From NCBI RefSeq assembly GCF_018350175.1, contig NC_058368.1:80416001-80480000 (forward strand): 64,000 bases of DNA, written 5' to 3'. This document shows, piece by piece, positions 51,013 to 64,000 of this stretch. The DNA is from Felis catus. Taxonomy: Eukaryota. A model generated the notes under the pieces. It had not been told where the DNA came from. It worked only from the letters and a program-made list of their open reading frames with translations, and searched no databases. Positions within the stretch are counted from its first letter, which is position 1; every line of letters begins with the position of its first letter. Made by a program: the position numbers and the translations under genes.

Positions 51013-53307
51013 AACAGGAATGAGCATGCCACATCTAGATTCTTACTAACCCTAACCCAAACTATGGAGACCAAAGATACTAATGTATGGTCTTCATGAA
51101 AGAGGCACACATTCTGAGTGGTGAGTATGTGGGGAAAACAGAAAGTGAACAGTGTGGTTTGTGTAGCTGGGCAAAAACCTGAGCGAACAGGCACGGGGCC
51201 AAGAGAACTCCACGAGAGGTGCTTGCAAACCAGAGGCGTTAAACGGTGGGTTTCAGTCTTTCCCACTGAGAGCTTCCCTTCCTCCTCTAAGGGCCTACGT
51301 CAGCGACAGGCAAGGCTCTACCTTCACTGTGAAACAAGGTACTTTCAGGAAATCAGCGGTAAACAGGCCACCTTCAAAAGCCGGGTGGGTGGCCCGGGCA
51401 TCCGGGGTGCAAGCTGACGAAGTAAGTCCTCATGACCTTCAGGGAGACCTCAGCTAGTTACTTGGGGGATGAGGAGTGTGCAGTGGGCGGGCTCTGCCCC
51501 TTCCTCTCCTATGCCTGAGAAGTCAGGCAGGTGCTCAGGTGGCTGGAGGAGAACTGTGCGGGCCAGCACGGCAAAGCCACAAGTGTCCTTGCAAACAGGA
51601 AGGAAGATTCCACTGGGATACAACACAGCTTTTGGTATGCATACTTGTAACGTCCGCTCTTCAGAATTCAGGGGCCAGAGTCCCTCCGGAAAAGTGACAG
51701 CTAGGCTATCTGTACAATTTCAGATTTCTGAAAAGCAGGTTTAAAAAAAAAAAAAAACTGACAGAGGACAAAAACAAACAAACAAAAAAAAAAACAAAGA
51801 AAAAAAAACCCAACCAACCAAACAACAGTGCTTCATAAAAGCAGGGAAATTTGTCTCCTCATCCCCTAAGCCCAGGGCCTGGAAGAGCGCCCGTCTCAGT
51901 GCATGAAGCCCACGGGCTAGCCTGGAACGGCTCCGACACAGCAATCCAACAAAAAGTCTCAATAGTAAGTAGAGTAGCCAGTAATGAAGCCGGGAGAATT
52001 CCCTCCGATGAGACCGGCTGTAAAGTGGAGTGGGACACGAGGGCACACCTGCCACTAGGGGGCCAGAAGGGCCGCTGGCAAAGGAGTCTGGGGACATCCG
52101 AGGGAAAACTGTGTCCAAGGGGAGGGGCCAGGGCCCGATGCCACTTCACAGCAAAAACGACTCCCTGAACCTGAGACCCAGGCTCCGACACTAGGGACTA
52201 CTCGGCAACGGTCCCATCTCACAGGCGTCACTTTGTGAATGCTGATAGTACCTCATTAACACAGCAGGAGAAAAATGAAACAGACCAAGGGCTTGCGTAT
52301 TTTAGTAGTCAAGGAACTCTTTAATGTGGGCAGCAGGTGCCGATGCAGCCAGCCTAGAATTTTCATTCTCTACAGACAGGCAATCTTTGTAGTGCACTGT
52401 TCCCGTAGAATGTCTGCAAGGATTTTTAACTCCTTGGCTGGTAATCCGGCTGGCCCAGAACCCTGGGTAGTACCATTTTATACTTCATTTATTTCTAGCA
52501 CCTCTAAGTAGGAAGTGCTTAATCACTCAGAGGAAGGCATTAAACTTGCAATTTACTTTTTAAAACTGTATTTTAGAAACCATGATGTTAATATTGGCCT
52601 CTCAGAATTTTAAGAGCACTGGATCTGACTTCACTCTTTTCTCCCACACGTACCCACTTTGTCTTTGCCAGAGGAACCGATGAAATATTCCACATTGTAT
52701 CTGAGAAAGGTGGACTTACAGAAATTTCAGAAAAAACAAAATGTCTTTTTTCCAAGTTACCCATTTTGATCTTATTTACACTTTGGAAAAGAAGAGACTC
52801 CCTTCCATTTTCCTACTGACCTCCACAGTTAAAAGGAAAAAACTTACTGAACATTTTATTAAAAAATGTCCTTACCTTTTACTTGGTCAAAGCAGGCATT
52901 TGAGAAGATTCTAGAACATGTTAGATGTTGAATAGTTGTGATAGAAAACTGGCTAGGCTTCACTCAAAATAAACCCTCCCAGCTTCCTTCCTGCAGAAGC
53001 AAGTCCTAACCAAGTGTGACCACTGAACACAGAAATCTGCCTTTGTACTTCCATCTAAAATCCCTAAAGCCAGTTCTTAGCAAGGCTCTAAAACTAGATT
53101 TATTTTATGACCAAGCCATTTGAAAACATGGGAAAGATACTATACTTTGCTTTTGGAAACCAGGCAACACCTATCTGCTGCATTACAGAAACCGTGCCAT
53201 CGAGGAAGCTGGCTGCTGTGCTGGCTGTCAAGTCTGGAAGGTGCACACTTACTGTGCAACCAGCATGCCACCTGTACAGACATGTAGGACATGTACACAA
53301 AAACTAG

Positions 53308-53418
53308 ATTTATTTTTTATTATTTTTAAAAGTAAGCTCTATGCCCAACATAGGGCTCGAACCCAACGAGCCTGAGATCAAGCGTCCACGCTCCACTGAC
53401 TGAGCCAGCTGGGCACCA
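53308..53418 (-). mobile_element. Short older Can-SINE
   Basis: gggctcgaaccc...ctgagatcaagcgtccacgctccactgactgagccagctgggcacc. Confidence 0.8.
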
Positions 53419-53569
53419 CCAAAAACAAGATTTCAATTGCCAAGGGCACTGAAGGACTTACCCAGGGCTCACAAAAATAAGCCTAACCTGGCTTAACTTT
53501 AAAAGCAGAGAAATCTCTTAAAAGGCAAAAACCAATCTGTACGGTCACATACTTCTAAGATGTGAGGGC

Positions 53570-53751
53570 TTCCAGGGGGGGCTCAGTCGGTTAAGCGTCT
53601 GACTTCAGCTGAGGTCATGATCAGGTCATGAGTTCGAGCCCCACGTTGGGCTCTGTGCTGACAGCTCGGAGCCTGGAGCCTGCTTCGGATCCTGTGTTTC
53701 CCTCTCTCTCTGCCCCTCCCCTCCCCACACTCTCTCAAAAAAAAAAAAAAA
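53570..53751 (+). mobile_element. SINEC_Fc
   Basis: SINE body and poly-A; TSD-like atgtgagggc / atgtgagagc. Confidence 0.9.
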
Positions 53752-54890
53752 ATGTGAGAGCCCCAGCTGGCTAGTGGGGTGCTAACCCCCCCGACACCTT
53801 CCACACAGGTGAGACCACCTGATGTGCAAATACTGCCAAGCTGTTCACACCACGGACTTCAGTGAGGTTGGGGGCAGGGCATGGACTAGTGATCTCCTTC
53901 CTCTGTGCATCTTTCAGGTGCCAGTGCTGCGGGGGTCCCAGGTCCACCTCACCCCCCTGCAGTCTTCCCCTTGGAACCAGGAGCTCTGACCGCCAGGGAA
54001 GCCATCAGTGCCCCTTTAACAAAGCCAGGAAGGAAATGTCCCCTTGGTAGTTCCCACCAGCCCTAATTAATCAGAACTATTCTTGATTCCACTACAGAGC
54101 ACATTTTACTCAAATAATTACTTTTTAAAAGAAAGGTGCTATTAACATCAGAGCAGTACTAAGGCCAAAGTGAGGGTGGTTTTACTGTAAGGTGACCTTT
54201 CATAGGACTTTAGCTCCTGTCGTGGCCCCAAGTCAGGCCCTGGGGGAAAGTCAGGAGGGCAGGTGAGCGGAGATGTCAATGGCATGGAGCAGCAGTGATG
54301 GTTCTGGAAACACTGAGGTGGGACTTGGGATTTTGTTAAAAGGACAGGGAAGGGAAGGTGCATGAGAAGAGACAGTTCTGAAGAAGGTGTGCCAGGACGG
54401 AGTCCCGCTGGTTCCTGCCACAGCCGCGGCTCGGGAGGTCTGAATTTGGGAGAGTGCGCATCACAGAAACCTCCTGGTGTCGAAGTGGGACTCATTCACA
54501 TTGCAGGTACATGACACTAAGTCTTTAGGGACTAAGACGAAACAATCACCTGTTATTCAAACCAGTGTTCTCCTCCTCTGGTCAAACAACGGAAGACAAG
54601 TAGTCCTTTCCTGCAAACATGAGGACGCTTAGCACACCTGATGTCATATGTATGTATAGGACAGACAGAATCAAACGAGGAAGCAAATTACAGATTTACT
54701 CCTGGGGAGGCATTTGATTTCCTGAATCTCAGGCTCAAATTACTTAGAAGTATCATGTAACAAATCACACCCTCTCCTTTCCCCGCTGCCCCTCTTTAAG
54801 TGTGGTCCAGACAGATAATTAAAAGGTGGAGACTCTTCAATGTCAAACACACCCTGGGCACGAGTGTACTGAAAAACTTCTTATTGCTGA

Positions 54891-54990
54891 TTTTTTTTTT
54901 AAACTAGGCTCCACACCCAGCGCAGGCCTTGAACTCATGACCCTGAGATCAAGAGTCACATGCTCTGACTGACCCAGCGAAGGGACCCCC
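54891..54990 (-). mobile_element. Short older Can-SINE
   Basis: cttgaactcatgaccctgagatcaagagtcacatgctctgactga; TSD-like attgctgatttt / attgctaatttt. Confidence 0.8.
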
Positions 54991-57900
54991 TCATTGCTAA
55001 TTTTAAACTGAGTCATAGTACTGTAGACACTCTCCCTAAAAGGTATTTTTATAAACTACTTAATACATTATGAGATTCTAAAATCAGTAATATATCTTTG
55101 ATTAAAAAACAAAACCATGAAGTCAATTTAACGAGAGATCTGGTATCACCACGGCCTACTTCCTATGGCAATGGTTTCCAATTATAGAACCCTGGGCTAC
55201 TGGGCCAGTGTATAACTCACACCGCCTTGCCCAACTCAGACTCCGGGATTGCACCCAAAACACTTCCCGATTAAAACAACGTGGAAGCTTTTCTCCCGGA
55301 TGGGACTGGCGTTCTTTTCCAACCAGTCTCCCTGGTAAGTTTGGCCGAGTTTCCGAGGACTACACACATCTGAGAAACTGTACTGAATGTTATTCCTGAA
55401 GATTAACAGAAATGCTAACAAACCTGAACCGTTAGAGCAGCTGTAACTGAAGGCCATCTGTCACTCCATCTTGGGCGAATGGCTGATAAATGGGGCAGGG
55501 GGGACACCTCAAAACCCACTTACATACTGATGCTTCCTTAATACAACCCCAAATGAATAAAATCCCTTCTAAGGCCAAATACTTTTAATCGAAATCAGCT
55601 GTTTAAATGACTTTGGATTTTACTTCGCCCTCCATAGTTCACGGCCGCGTCCACCAGGTCTGTGCTCTGAGCAGTAGACACTGGCGTCAACGGTGGAAGC
55701 TGGGCACCTCCCCTGGGACCACCTTTGTCGTGCACTTGTTCCCACAGGGCAGTTTATGTGGCCACATGGAAAGGCTGAGGCATTCTTAACCCTTCAAGTC
55801 CTTTTCCATCGGTAATTTCCAAGGGAAAACCACACCAATAACCTTAAAATACTTGAAAATTGTTTATTGAAAGCAGAGACAGAGGCTACTTTCTGTGGAG
55901 AAGAGTAGAGAACTTTCAGACTCAGGATTCCAAAGTTAAAAAAAAAAGTTAAAAAATAAAATTTACAAGGCACATCTTTAAAAGCTGGCTGAGCCAGAAA
56001 AATTTCTGGAAGTACCTGCTTTTATGAACATAGATTGCACACCAAAACACATGTGTAATCCTTAAGCTGTAGAAAGACGGAATGGACTGTTTTATTAATA
56101 AGGTCCAAGCTATGCATTTATACAGAAAAGATATTCCTGGCACCTATTTAAAAAAAAAAGAAAAAAGAAAAATAAAAAAAGCAGCAGCCAAACTTATACT
56201 GGGGGTGGGGTGGGGGGGAGAGGGAGAGAGACAATTTTAAACTCTTTTAAATACTTTTACATGTGAAGTTATTCAAAAAGGCATTTTATATCATGTATTG
56301 CATATGGAAAAAAACACTTATTTTTACTCTGGCATGAAAATCAAAAACTTGTCTACAAAATGAATAATTCAGAGTGAGCAAAAATTTAAGCTCACACATT
56401 TAAAGAGCAAATCAAAACAAGACGCCAGAAATTAAATGAAAAGTAACTTGAACATATCTTGAATTGCATACTAAAACCCGATCAAAGAATGGAAATGGCT
56501 ATATAGGTACCGAAGGCAAAAAGAACCTCACTTAGAAAATCCAGGCAGCTGGGGAAACATCTTTAGTAGTGGAGACACCCCCGCTCACAGTGAGTATATA
56601 ATAATAAAATGCAAAAAATCCCATCTCTTTCCTCAGAGGAAAGACGGGCAGGGGACGGCATGGGATGGAGGCACCTGCCTGTGCTCCGGACAGAAATCCA
56701 TGCACGCACATGCTCAAGTGACACGTGGGCCATCCTCAGGACCACCACCGCTTGCAGGGCTGCGGTGTCCCAAGCGCCAGGTGCACGGAACTGCGATACG
56801 GCTCAGCACACAGCTGAGCACACGCGAGAGGAGCGGCGAAGTCAGGGCATCTGGAGTCGAGCCGAGATTTCTCCTGTGGTGGTGACAGAACAGGACCACT
56901 CCGGGTGTGTGCAGCAGAGCCCGACCGTGGGGCCGTATCCCCGAAGCACCAGGCTCCGGCCGTGTCTGCCTCCGAGCTGGCACCCGGCTGAGCAGGAACG
57001 GGCAGTTCGGGAAAGCCGCACGGGGAGTTTGGTGGGCAAAATGTGAGCCCCTAACCCTGGTCAAGCAAAACAAGTCCGTGTCTGGAAGAGGGAAATAAAA
57101 GCCCCTGAACATCGCATGATTCTTCAAACCCAATCTGTGTTTGGAAACAAGGTTTAGGAAACTTAAATTCAAGTTCCAGGAATCCTGGAAAGTCTTTTCA
57201 GGATACTTCAACAATGAGATACCGGCCAATTCAACTGACCCAAAAACCCTGACACTGGTTTTACGAACTCCTCAGGTACATTTCTGAGCCTTATTAGAAT
57301 GTTAAGTGATGTCCTTAGGTACTAAACAGAATTTAAGATTTATCCTACATGACTCTTGCTTGAGGGCACAATGAAGCTAACACTTTATATCATTCCAAAA
57401 TACTAAACCAGGCATTTAATAGAATGAAAAGGACTATATTTAAAAAGCGGTTGCTCTTAAAGGGCCTTTAAAATACATTAGAAAGAATATTGGGACGTGG
57501 CACAAATGAATGACAATACTGGACACTTCACCATTAAAAACACCACTTCTCAAGTTTAGACACACCTTCCTGTTGTGCTTAGGACTGTTATAGCACCTTT
57601 CTAGAAAGCATGTATAATTATAAAAGTTACGAATTTGGTAAAACATTTAGGCTCATGCATTCATTCCTACAAAAAAAGTCACAGAATTCACGATAAGCAT
57701 TTAAAAGTAGATAATACAACTTTATCAGCTTTATAGTAAAAACAAAAACAAAAACAAAAAAAACCCAAAACCAAACCCGTTTTCATCTGGACACAGTCCA
57801 GTTCAACTAAAAAGGTGCAGGATCATATGCTGACCCACACCAAATTTAGTCAACGCAGACCTCCGGCCACTCAGGGTTCCTCATACTACCCTTGGAGAGG

Positions 57901-58645
57901 TGATCTGTTCTCAGTCAAAGGGCACAACTTTGCATTTCTGCTCAGCAAGTCTTATCTAAGTTCATAATTTCAAGATGACTACTTTTCGTTGCCATCTCTA
58001 AATCTCTAAGTTCATTAAATATTCTTACCAAGCTATGAATCTGTCTTGTAAGATATCTTATAGGCAGGAATCTACACACAATTTTGTTTCCTAGACCAAG
58101 GGGAGGGTTTTCATCTCCCAGGGACTGGGTGACTGCTTATTTGCAAACTCCACCAGAGTTATCTGAAGACAAAAAGGTGGGAGAATACTTACAACTAAAA
58201 TAACTTACCTTAGAGACTTCTCCTCACCGTCCACCTGACACCTCAGGTCTTGCCGTGACACACACACCACCCTGTGGGGTGTGGGGACCGGCTGTGGCCA
58301 GGGCACAGCACGAGTGAGGGAGGGGGGCAAACCTCTACCTGCTCAGATGTCAAACTGTGTTTTGCACCCAGACCAACAATGTCAGTCACAAGCTCAGGAA
58401 CATTCACAGGAAATAAAAAAAAAAATCAGGCACAGTGGCAGATTTTTTTAATAGTTATATTTCAAACAGGTACAAGAAACGAGAAAAATCTTTCTAACTC
58501 ATGGCAGGTGGGCCTGGGTGTGCAGACAGTTACACCGGCACATCCACACCTGGGCTGTCGACATTCCCTCTCATCCGCTCCTGGGAAAATCACCACCACT
58601 GCACCAGGACCCTCGGGGCACATTGCCCCTCAAGTGAAGGTCTCA

Positions 58646-59113
<468 letters not shown>

Positions 59114-61425
59114 CTAACTTCTCTCTTAAGCACGTCTGATTATGAAGCACGATTTGGGAGATAGGCATTTCAAAATCAATACGCTAAACTTTAAAAAGGC
59201 ATCTTCCTATTCAACTTCTCAAAATCATTTTTTATGTCAGTCTGAAGAACCTAAATTTATGCCAACTTCAGACTTACCCTGAAGCAGAATTCTATATTAT
59301 CTGCACTTAAGTTTAATAATCCATTCCTTTAGCTTCAGTAAAATCATAACAAACAAACATGTACTGAAATTGTCCATGGCATTCGTAACAATCGGCTCTC
59401 TCAAAAGAGTGCACTGACAAGCCAGATTTTATGCTAACGTGTGACACTGTAAGTGGAAGTTTAGAAGGCTGTCCTGACATTAAAATCACTTCTCCGCGCG
59501 GCCGGAGACGTGAAGTGTTAAGTTCCTGTGTGTTTCAGGTCGGTTTCTGGCCCTGCCTGGAGCACCCCACAACACGTGCACGGGCCTCCCGGCGGAAGGC
59601 CCTCTAAAGGGCGCACGGCATCTCTCATGGCGGAGGGGGGATTTTCCACAGCAGCTCCCATCAGACTCAAGTACGAAGTGGTGGCAGAGCGTCATGTGAA
59701 CAATCTCAATGACACAAACAGGAAGGAACCACCTGTGAAGCTCAATTAGGAAAGAATAAATATGAGAGGAACAAAAGCAACTCCCTGTTGAGGCTCCCCC
59801 GAAAGACCAGAAAAACACGCGCTCTGTGAAGTCAACCTGTGAATGAGCCAAACAGGCCAACAAACCGAGAACAGAGGCCCCACACCGCCTACTCCTCCAC
59901 AGAGCGAGGCCACGGGCCCGGTACAGGCAGACCGGATGCGTGAGGCTTGCTTCCCGGGCTAACGTCCGTGCAGAGACACCAGAGTGAAAACCACAGATCC
60001 GGGACACACAGGGGTTCCCACTGAGCCTTGTACCCATACTTCCAGCCATCATACTCCCAGAGCTCCAACCTCAGGAATGAAAAAAATCTATTTTGGAATC
60101 ATAACCTGTCTCCACTGTAAAGCATAAGATAAAGAAACGTGTTACAGTTTGAAGAAAGGAGAAAGCCCAAACTTGGGTTGAACAGAAATAAAAGACACAA
60201 GACTCGAGAATCCCAGAACCAGCAATGTTTTCTTAAAAGTGTGTAAGGCAGTTGTGTGCAGGGCTAACGGGGACTAAAACTGACTTCTTGATTTCATGGC
60301 TGTAAATTCTGATGAGTGCTATTCTACAATTTGGTATTATTTTTAATATATGAATTCAATAGAAAAGAAACGCCGAAGATTGGACAGTGTGATTACGTTA
60401 ATCTCACACACATAAAATGATCAGACGCTTGGTTTTTGAAATCATGTTATTGATGTAAAAATGTTAAAATGAGGGTTTGGCTGGATGGTTTTCTGAAATG
60501 GTGTATTTCATCTCTAGGAGCTATCCCAAGTGCAGAGAGTCCGAAAAGGTCTACTCTATCAAAAATGTGAACAGAATAAGTAGCTACATGGAAGGAAACA
60601 TCTAACTCCTCAAAATTTGAAAAAACGTAGGCCTAGAACATATGCCAAAGTTTATAAAATGATCACTCCTGTAAAGAAACACAGACTTGCTCTCCAAAAT
60701 CATAAACGGAAATGAGAAGCTGCTGCCTGAAATCAGGACAGACGACGTCGGCAGGAAAGATCCGAGTGAGGAAGAAAAGCACACGAGTTTCTGGATGGTT
60801 CATTCGCCACCCGGGACTTCACCGAGGAAAGCGCAGACGCTTAAGGAGACTCCAGTTGCTGAAGAGAACAATTTCCCAGACACACTCAAGGGCTTCACTT
60901 TCCTCTCAGAAACACAACACCAAGCTGGACTGGGGTTAGAACAGAGAGCTTACTGCTTTCCCAGGAAACAACCTTAACACAAGCAAGCGACAAATCAGCA
61001 CCAACATCCAGAGAGGAGACCACGGAGCCTGCTAGCAGGAGCGCACAGAGACCTGAGCAGGAAGGCACCATCTCCTCCCCCGCAAACGCAGTCACTCGCC
61101 CGCACACCACGTTTCCAGATGGCAGGAGGGATCACCTTCAAAACTCCAAAGGACCGTAGCCAACTCACGCCATGTGCTCCCCACGTGGGACCCCACGTGC
61201 GGACCAAGCAGGGAAGAACGAGCAGCCACGGGTCTGGACTGATGCTGGTTCCGCACACGCTTCTGTGGGGCCAGGAGTCAGAGTGATGTGAAAGGGAGAG
61301 AAGACGTGCTAGAAGATGTAAGGACAGAACCTGGGACACACGGTGACTGTGGAAGAACTAACTGGGAGAGAACAACGTTCACCATCTTTACTTTGTTCCC
61401 ACTGAGCTACAGAAGATTCCAACTA

Positions 61426-61754
61426 CAGCAGACCCTTAGACAATGAGGGGATGGGGTGCCTCCCGCCCGCCCCCACACCCCCCGCCCGGGTGCAGTGGAA
61501 AACTCACACTAACTCTGACTTGCCCAGAATTTAACTACTGATAGCCTACTGTTGTCCAGAAGCCTTACTGAAAACACGAAGAGTTGATGAACACCTATTT
61601 TGTATGTTATATGTATGATGTGTTGTATTCCTACCATAAAGCCAGAAAAAAACACATTAAGGAAATCGTAAGGAAAATACATGTACAGTATGTACTGTAT
61701 TTATCAAAAACAAATCCACATATGAACGGCCATGCACAGTTTGAGGGTCGACTG
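61426..61754 (+). mobile_element. Tigger2a/MER28-type TcMar non-autonomous DNA transposon
   Basis: TA|cagcagaccctt ... agggtcgactg|TA gives TIR-like ends with a TA TSD; internal ttaactactgatagcctactgttgtccagaagccttactg matches the recalled Tigger2a. Confidence 0.85.
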
Positions 61755-62024
61755 TATATTCCTTCTTCTGTTACCAAGGACTGAATGTATACAACACATG
61801 GTTTACTTAACAGCATTTATACTCCTCTTGGGCAAAAGGGTCCGTTTATACCTGAGTCTGGTACACAACAGAATCCCGTTTATCTGCCTTCACTCTTCCA
61901 TTCTGTACTCTGTCAAATGTTCAAGTCCCTAATCTTGCTCTGCTTACATTTAAGAGCGCGGCTTCTCCACGGCAGAGCACATATTACACAAACTGCCTGG
62001 GAAGGAACGCGGGCTCCCTGATCC

Positions 62025-62345
62025 TGGGCAGGCGCTTTCTCTAGAAATGGCTGGACGGTAAATACTGCAGGCTCCACAGGCCACACCCTTGCTCACAACC
62101 ACTCAGGCCTGTCCTCGTGGCCTGAAAGCAGCCTCGAACAATATGTACACAGTAGAGCACGTCTACGTTCCAGTGAAATTTTGCTGATGGACATTAAAAT
62201 GAGAATTTCATATAAATTTAACTTGTCACAGAATAATGGTTCTTCTCCTGATTTTTGTTCAACCATTTAAGAATGTAAAAATCATTCTTAGTTTACGGGC
62301 CATACAAAAACCAGCAGCACAGTAGACCCGCTGAGTTAACATCTG
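62025..62345 (-). mobile_element. MER58B-like hAT-Charlie element
   Basis: ttcaaccatttaagaatgtaaaaatcattcttagtttacgggccatacaaaaa is the reverse complement of the recalled MER58B body. Confidence 0.8.
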
Positions 62346-63824
62346 ACCAGTGGATGGTACTACTAACTAGTCCCCTATTTTTATAAAACACGTCTGACCA
62401 TGCGTTCGTTCCTCAAAGCTGTCTTTCCAGTAATTTTATGTACTATCCAAGCAAACAAAAAAACTTTTTTTAAAAAAGTTGCCAAATTGATTACACCACA
62501 AAATGTTAAAGGGAAACTTTAAAAACATGTGAAAACCCAAGAGAGCATGTGGAAAGAAGTTAAGACCATCATTCCTACTCCAGATGTTCTGGTGTCTTGC
62601 TATCAGGCAATATGCTTACTATGAAGGAGACGAAAACTGTCTCTGTAAGTCTGAATTCCACAACCATTTTTCATAGTTTCATAAAGAGGGAACTTTCACA
62701 TGTCCTACAGAGGCTGGAACCCACATGGGGTTTCCATCAAAGACTAGAATAAATGATCACTAAATGGAAGAGTTCTCAAGGCCTGAAATTTTAACGAAAG
62801 AGGCTCATGTCTTCAAATCCTTTCTTCATATATGCTTTCCCACTTGTTCAAGCATGTTTCAAGTTTGATGTTTTAAGAGTTGAAACAGTAATCCTGGTTA
62901 AAATGTACCACCAATTCACCGAGCCTTTAAACCTCTGTGTTGCAAGGTCATGTAGGTACTCCACCTAAGCTCTCTCTGCTATGTTCCTGACTGTCAGTGC
63001 AAGCCAGGCATGGACCAGGACTGCATGCTGGCAGGTGGCTACTCTCACCTCCCAGTGCAGCACTGGGTCTGATCCCATGCTCTCTGAAAGCCAAGCCTTC
63101 CCCCTCTGGTCCACAGGTGTTCAGGCCACGTGGGGCTATATAGCCATGTGCACTGCTGACCCCCTAACAAGCTCAAGTGAGGCACTGATACAGATGTTAA
63201 TCAGAACTGCTGTCTACAGACGCTAGTCCAGAGGGAAAGTACCAATATCTGCAAAATTATTTAAATATACTCTCAAAAGCTGTATTCTGCATGAAAACTG
63301 GGGTGGTCCTGAAAGCACACGTTAACTGTTAGCCTCATCTTGAAAACAACACATACTCTCAGCATCTCCACGTTGATGCACTTGGGTGAACGTAGATGAC
63401 GTGTGACCTAAAATTCACCTCTGTCCACTTCTGCAGACAAGAACCCCTGTGGACATGCTGTAATGTCATTCTAAAAGCTCTCCATTCATCCTCTGATTCC
63501 AGTTGAAAAATCTCCGAAAACGGGCAGAGATTTGAAAAATGAGACATCAATCAACTTGATGCTCAAACTGGGTCAGTTTGTTGAACTTTCAAAGTTAATT
63601 TCCTTTTAAAAAGAGTGGACAGGACCGGATTTTTAGGCTGGTGAGACCAGTCTGCTAAAATTTCTTACGGCAGCCATGCCGACAGCGCCTGAACCTGCAG
63701 ATTCTGGTTCCTGTGACGCTCACCGTGACCGTGAAAAGCGATCTTTGAGCAGGCCACCAGTTTCCTCCCGGGGGGGGGGGGGGGCGGGGAGGGAGTCCTC
63801 GTACTCGTTTGAAATCGCAACACA

Positions 63825-64000
63825 GGGGCGCCTGGGTGGCTCAGTCGGTTAAACGTCTGACTTCGGCTCAGGTCATGATCTCACGGTCCGTGAGTTCGAG
63901 CCCCACGTCGGGCTCTGTGCTGACAGCTCAGAGCCTGGAGCCCGTTTCAGATTCTGTGTCTCCCTCTCTCTCTGACCCTCCCCTGTTCATGCTCTGTCTC
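63825..64000 (+). mobile_element. SINEC_Fc, truncated by the window end
   Basis: Near-consensus head and body. Confidence 0.95.

Noticed and set aside
58163..58208. 46-nt GT-AG micro-intron
   Set aside because: Below the usual minimum mammalian intron size (~65-70 nt); the sites are treated as competing signals instead.
59270..60052. Strong lone donor (AGG|gtaagt at 59278/59277) and the 188-aa ORF 59486-60052 as additional ANKRD10 exons
   Set aside because: I could not pair the donor with a clear acceptor or recognise any ANKRD10-like peptide; transcript data would be needed.

Overview
This is mammalian genomic DNA, almost certainly from a felid (cat family): it is dense in Felidae-type Can-SINEs (SINEC_Fc-like) and carnivore L1 fragments. 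The only supported protein-coding content is the 3' half of ANKRD10 on the minus strand: three coding exons at 58967-58732, 49427-49332 and 45975-45500 with canonical GT-AG sites and compatible phases, then a ~1.1 kb 3'UTR ending near 44400. The 5' exons, which encode most of the ankyrin repeats, are not in the window. Positions 1-44,100 are GC-rich intergenic sequence with about 27 SINEs, L1s, MLT1 LTRs, MIRs, hAT DNA-transposon relics and simple repeats; further SINEs and Tigger/MER58 relics lie in the ANKRD10 introns. I found no convincing novel biological system. The best leads are alternative splice architecture of ANKRD10 (exon-5 extension, an 18-nt tandem acceptor, candidate poison exons) and unusual retrotransposition scars (a ~90-bp target-site duplication, a 50-bp L1 5'-tip insertion, and a near-identical inverted SINE pair enclosing a perfect 47-bp tandem duplication). 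Repeat family names, exon numbering and human comparisons come from my recall of consensus and orthologue sequences, not from database searches, and repeat boundaries are approximate.
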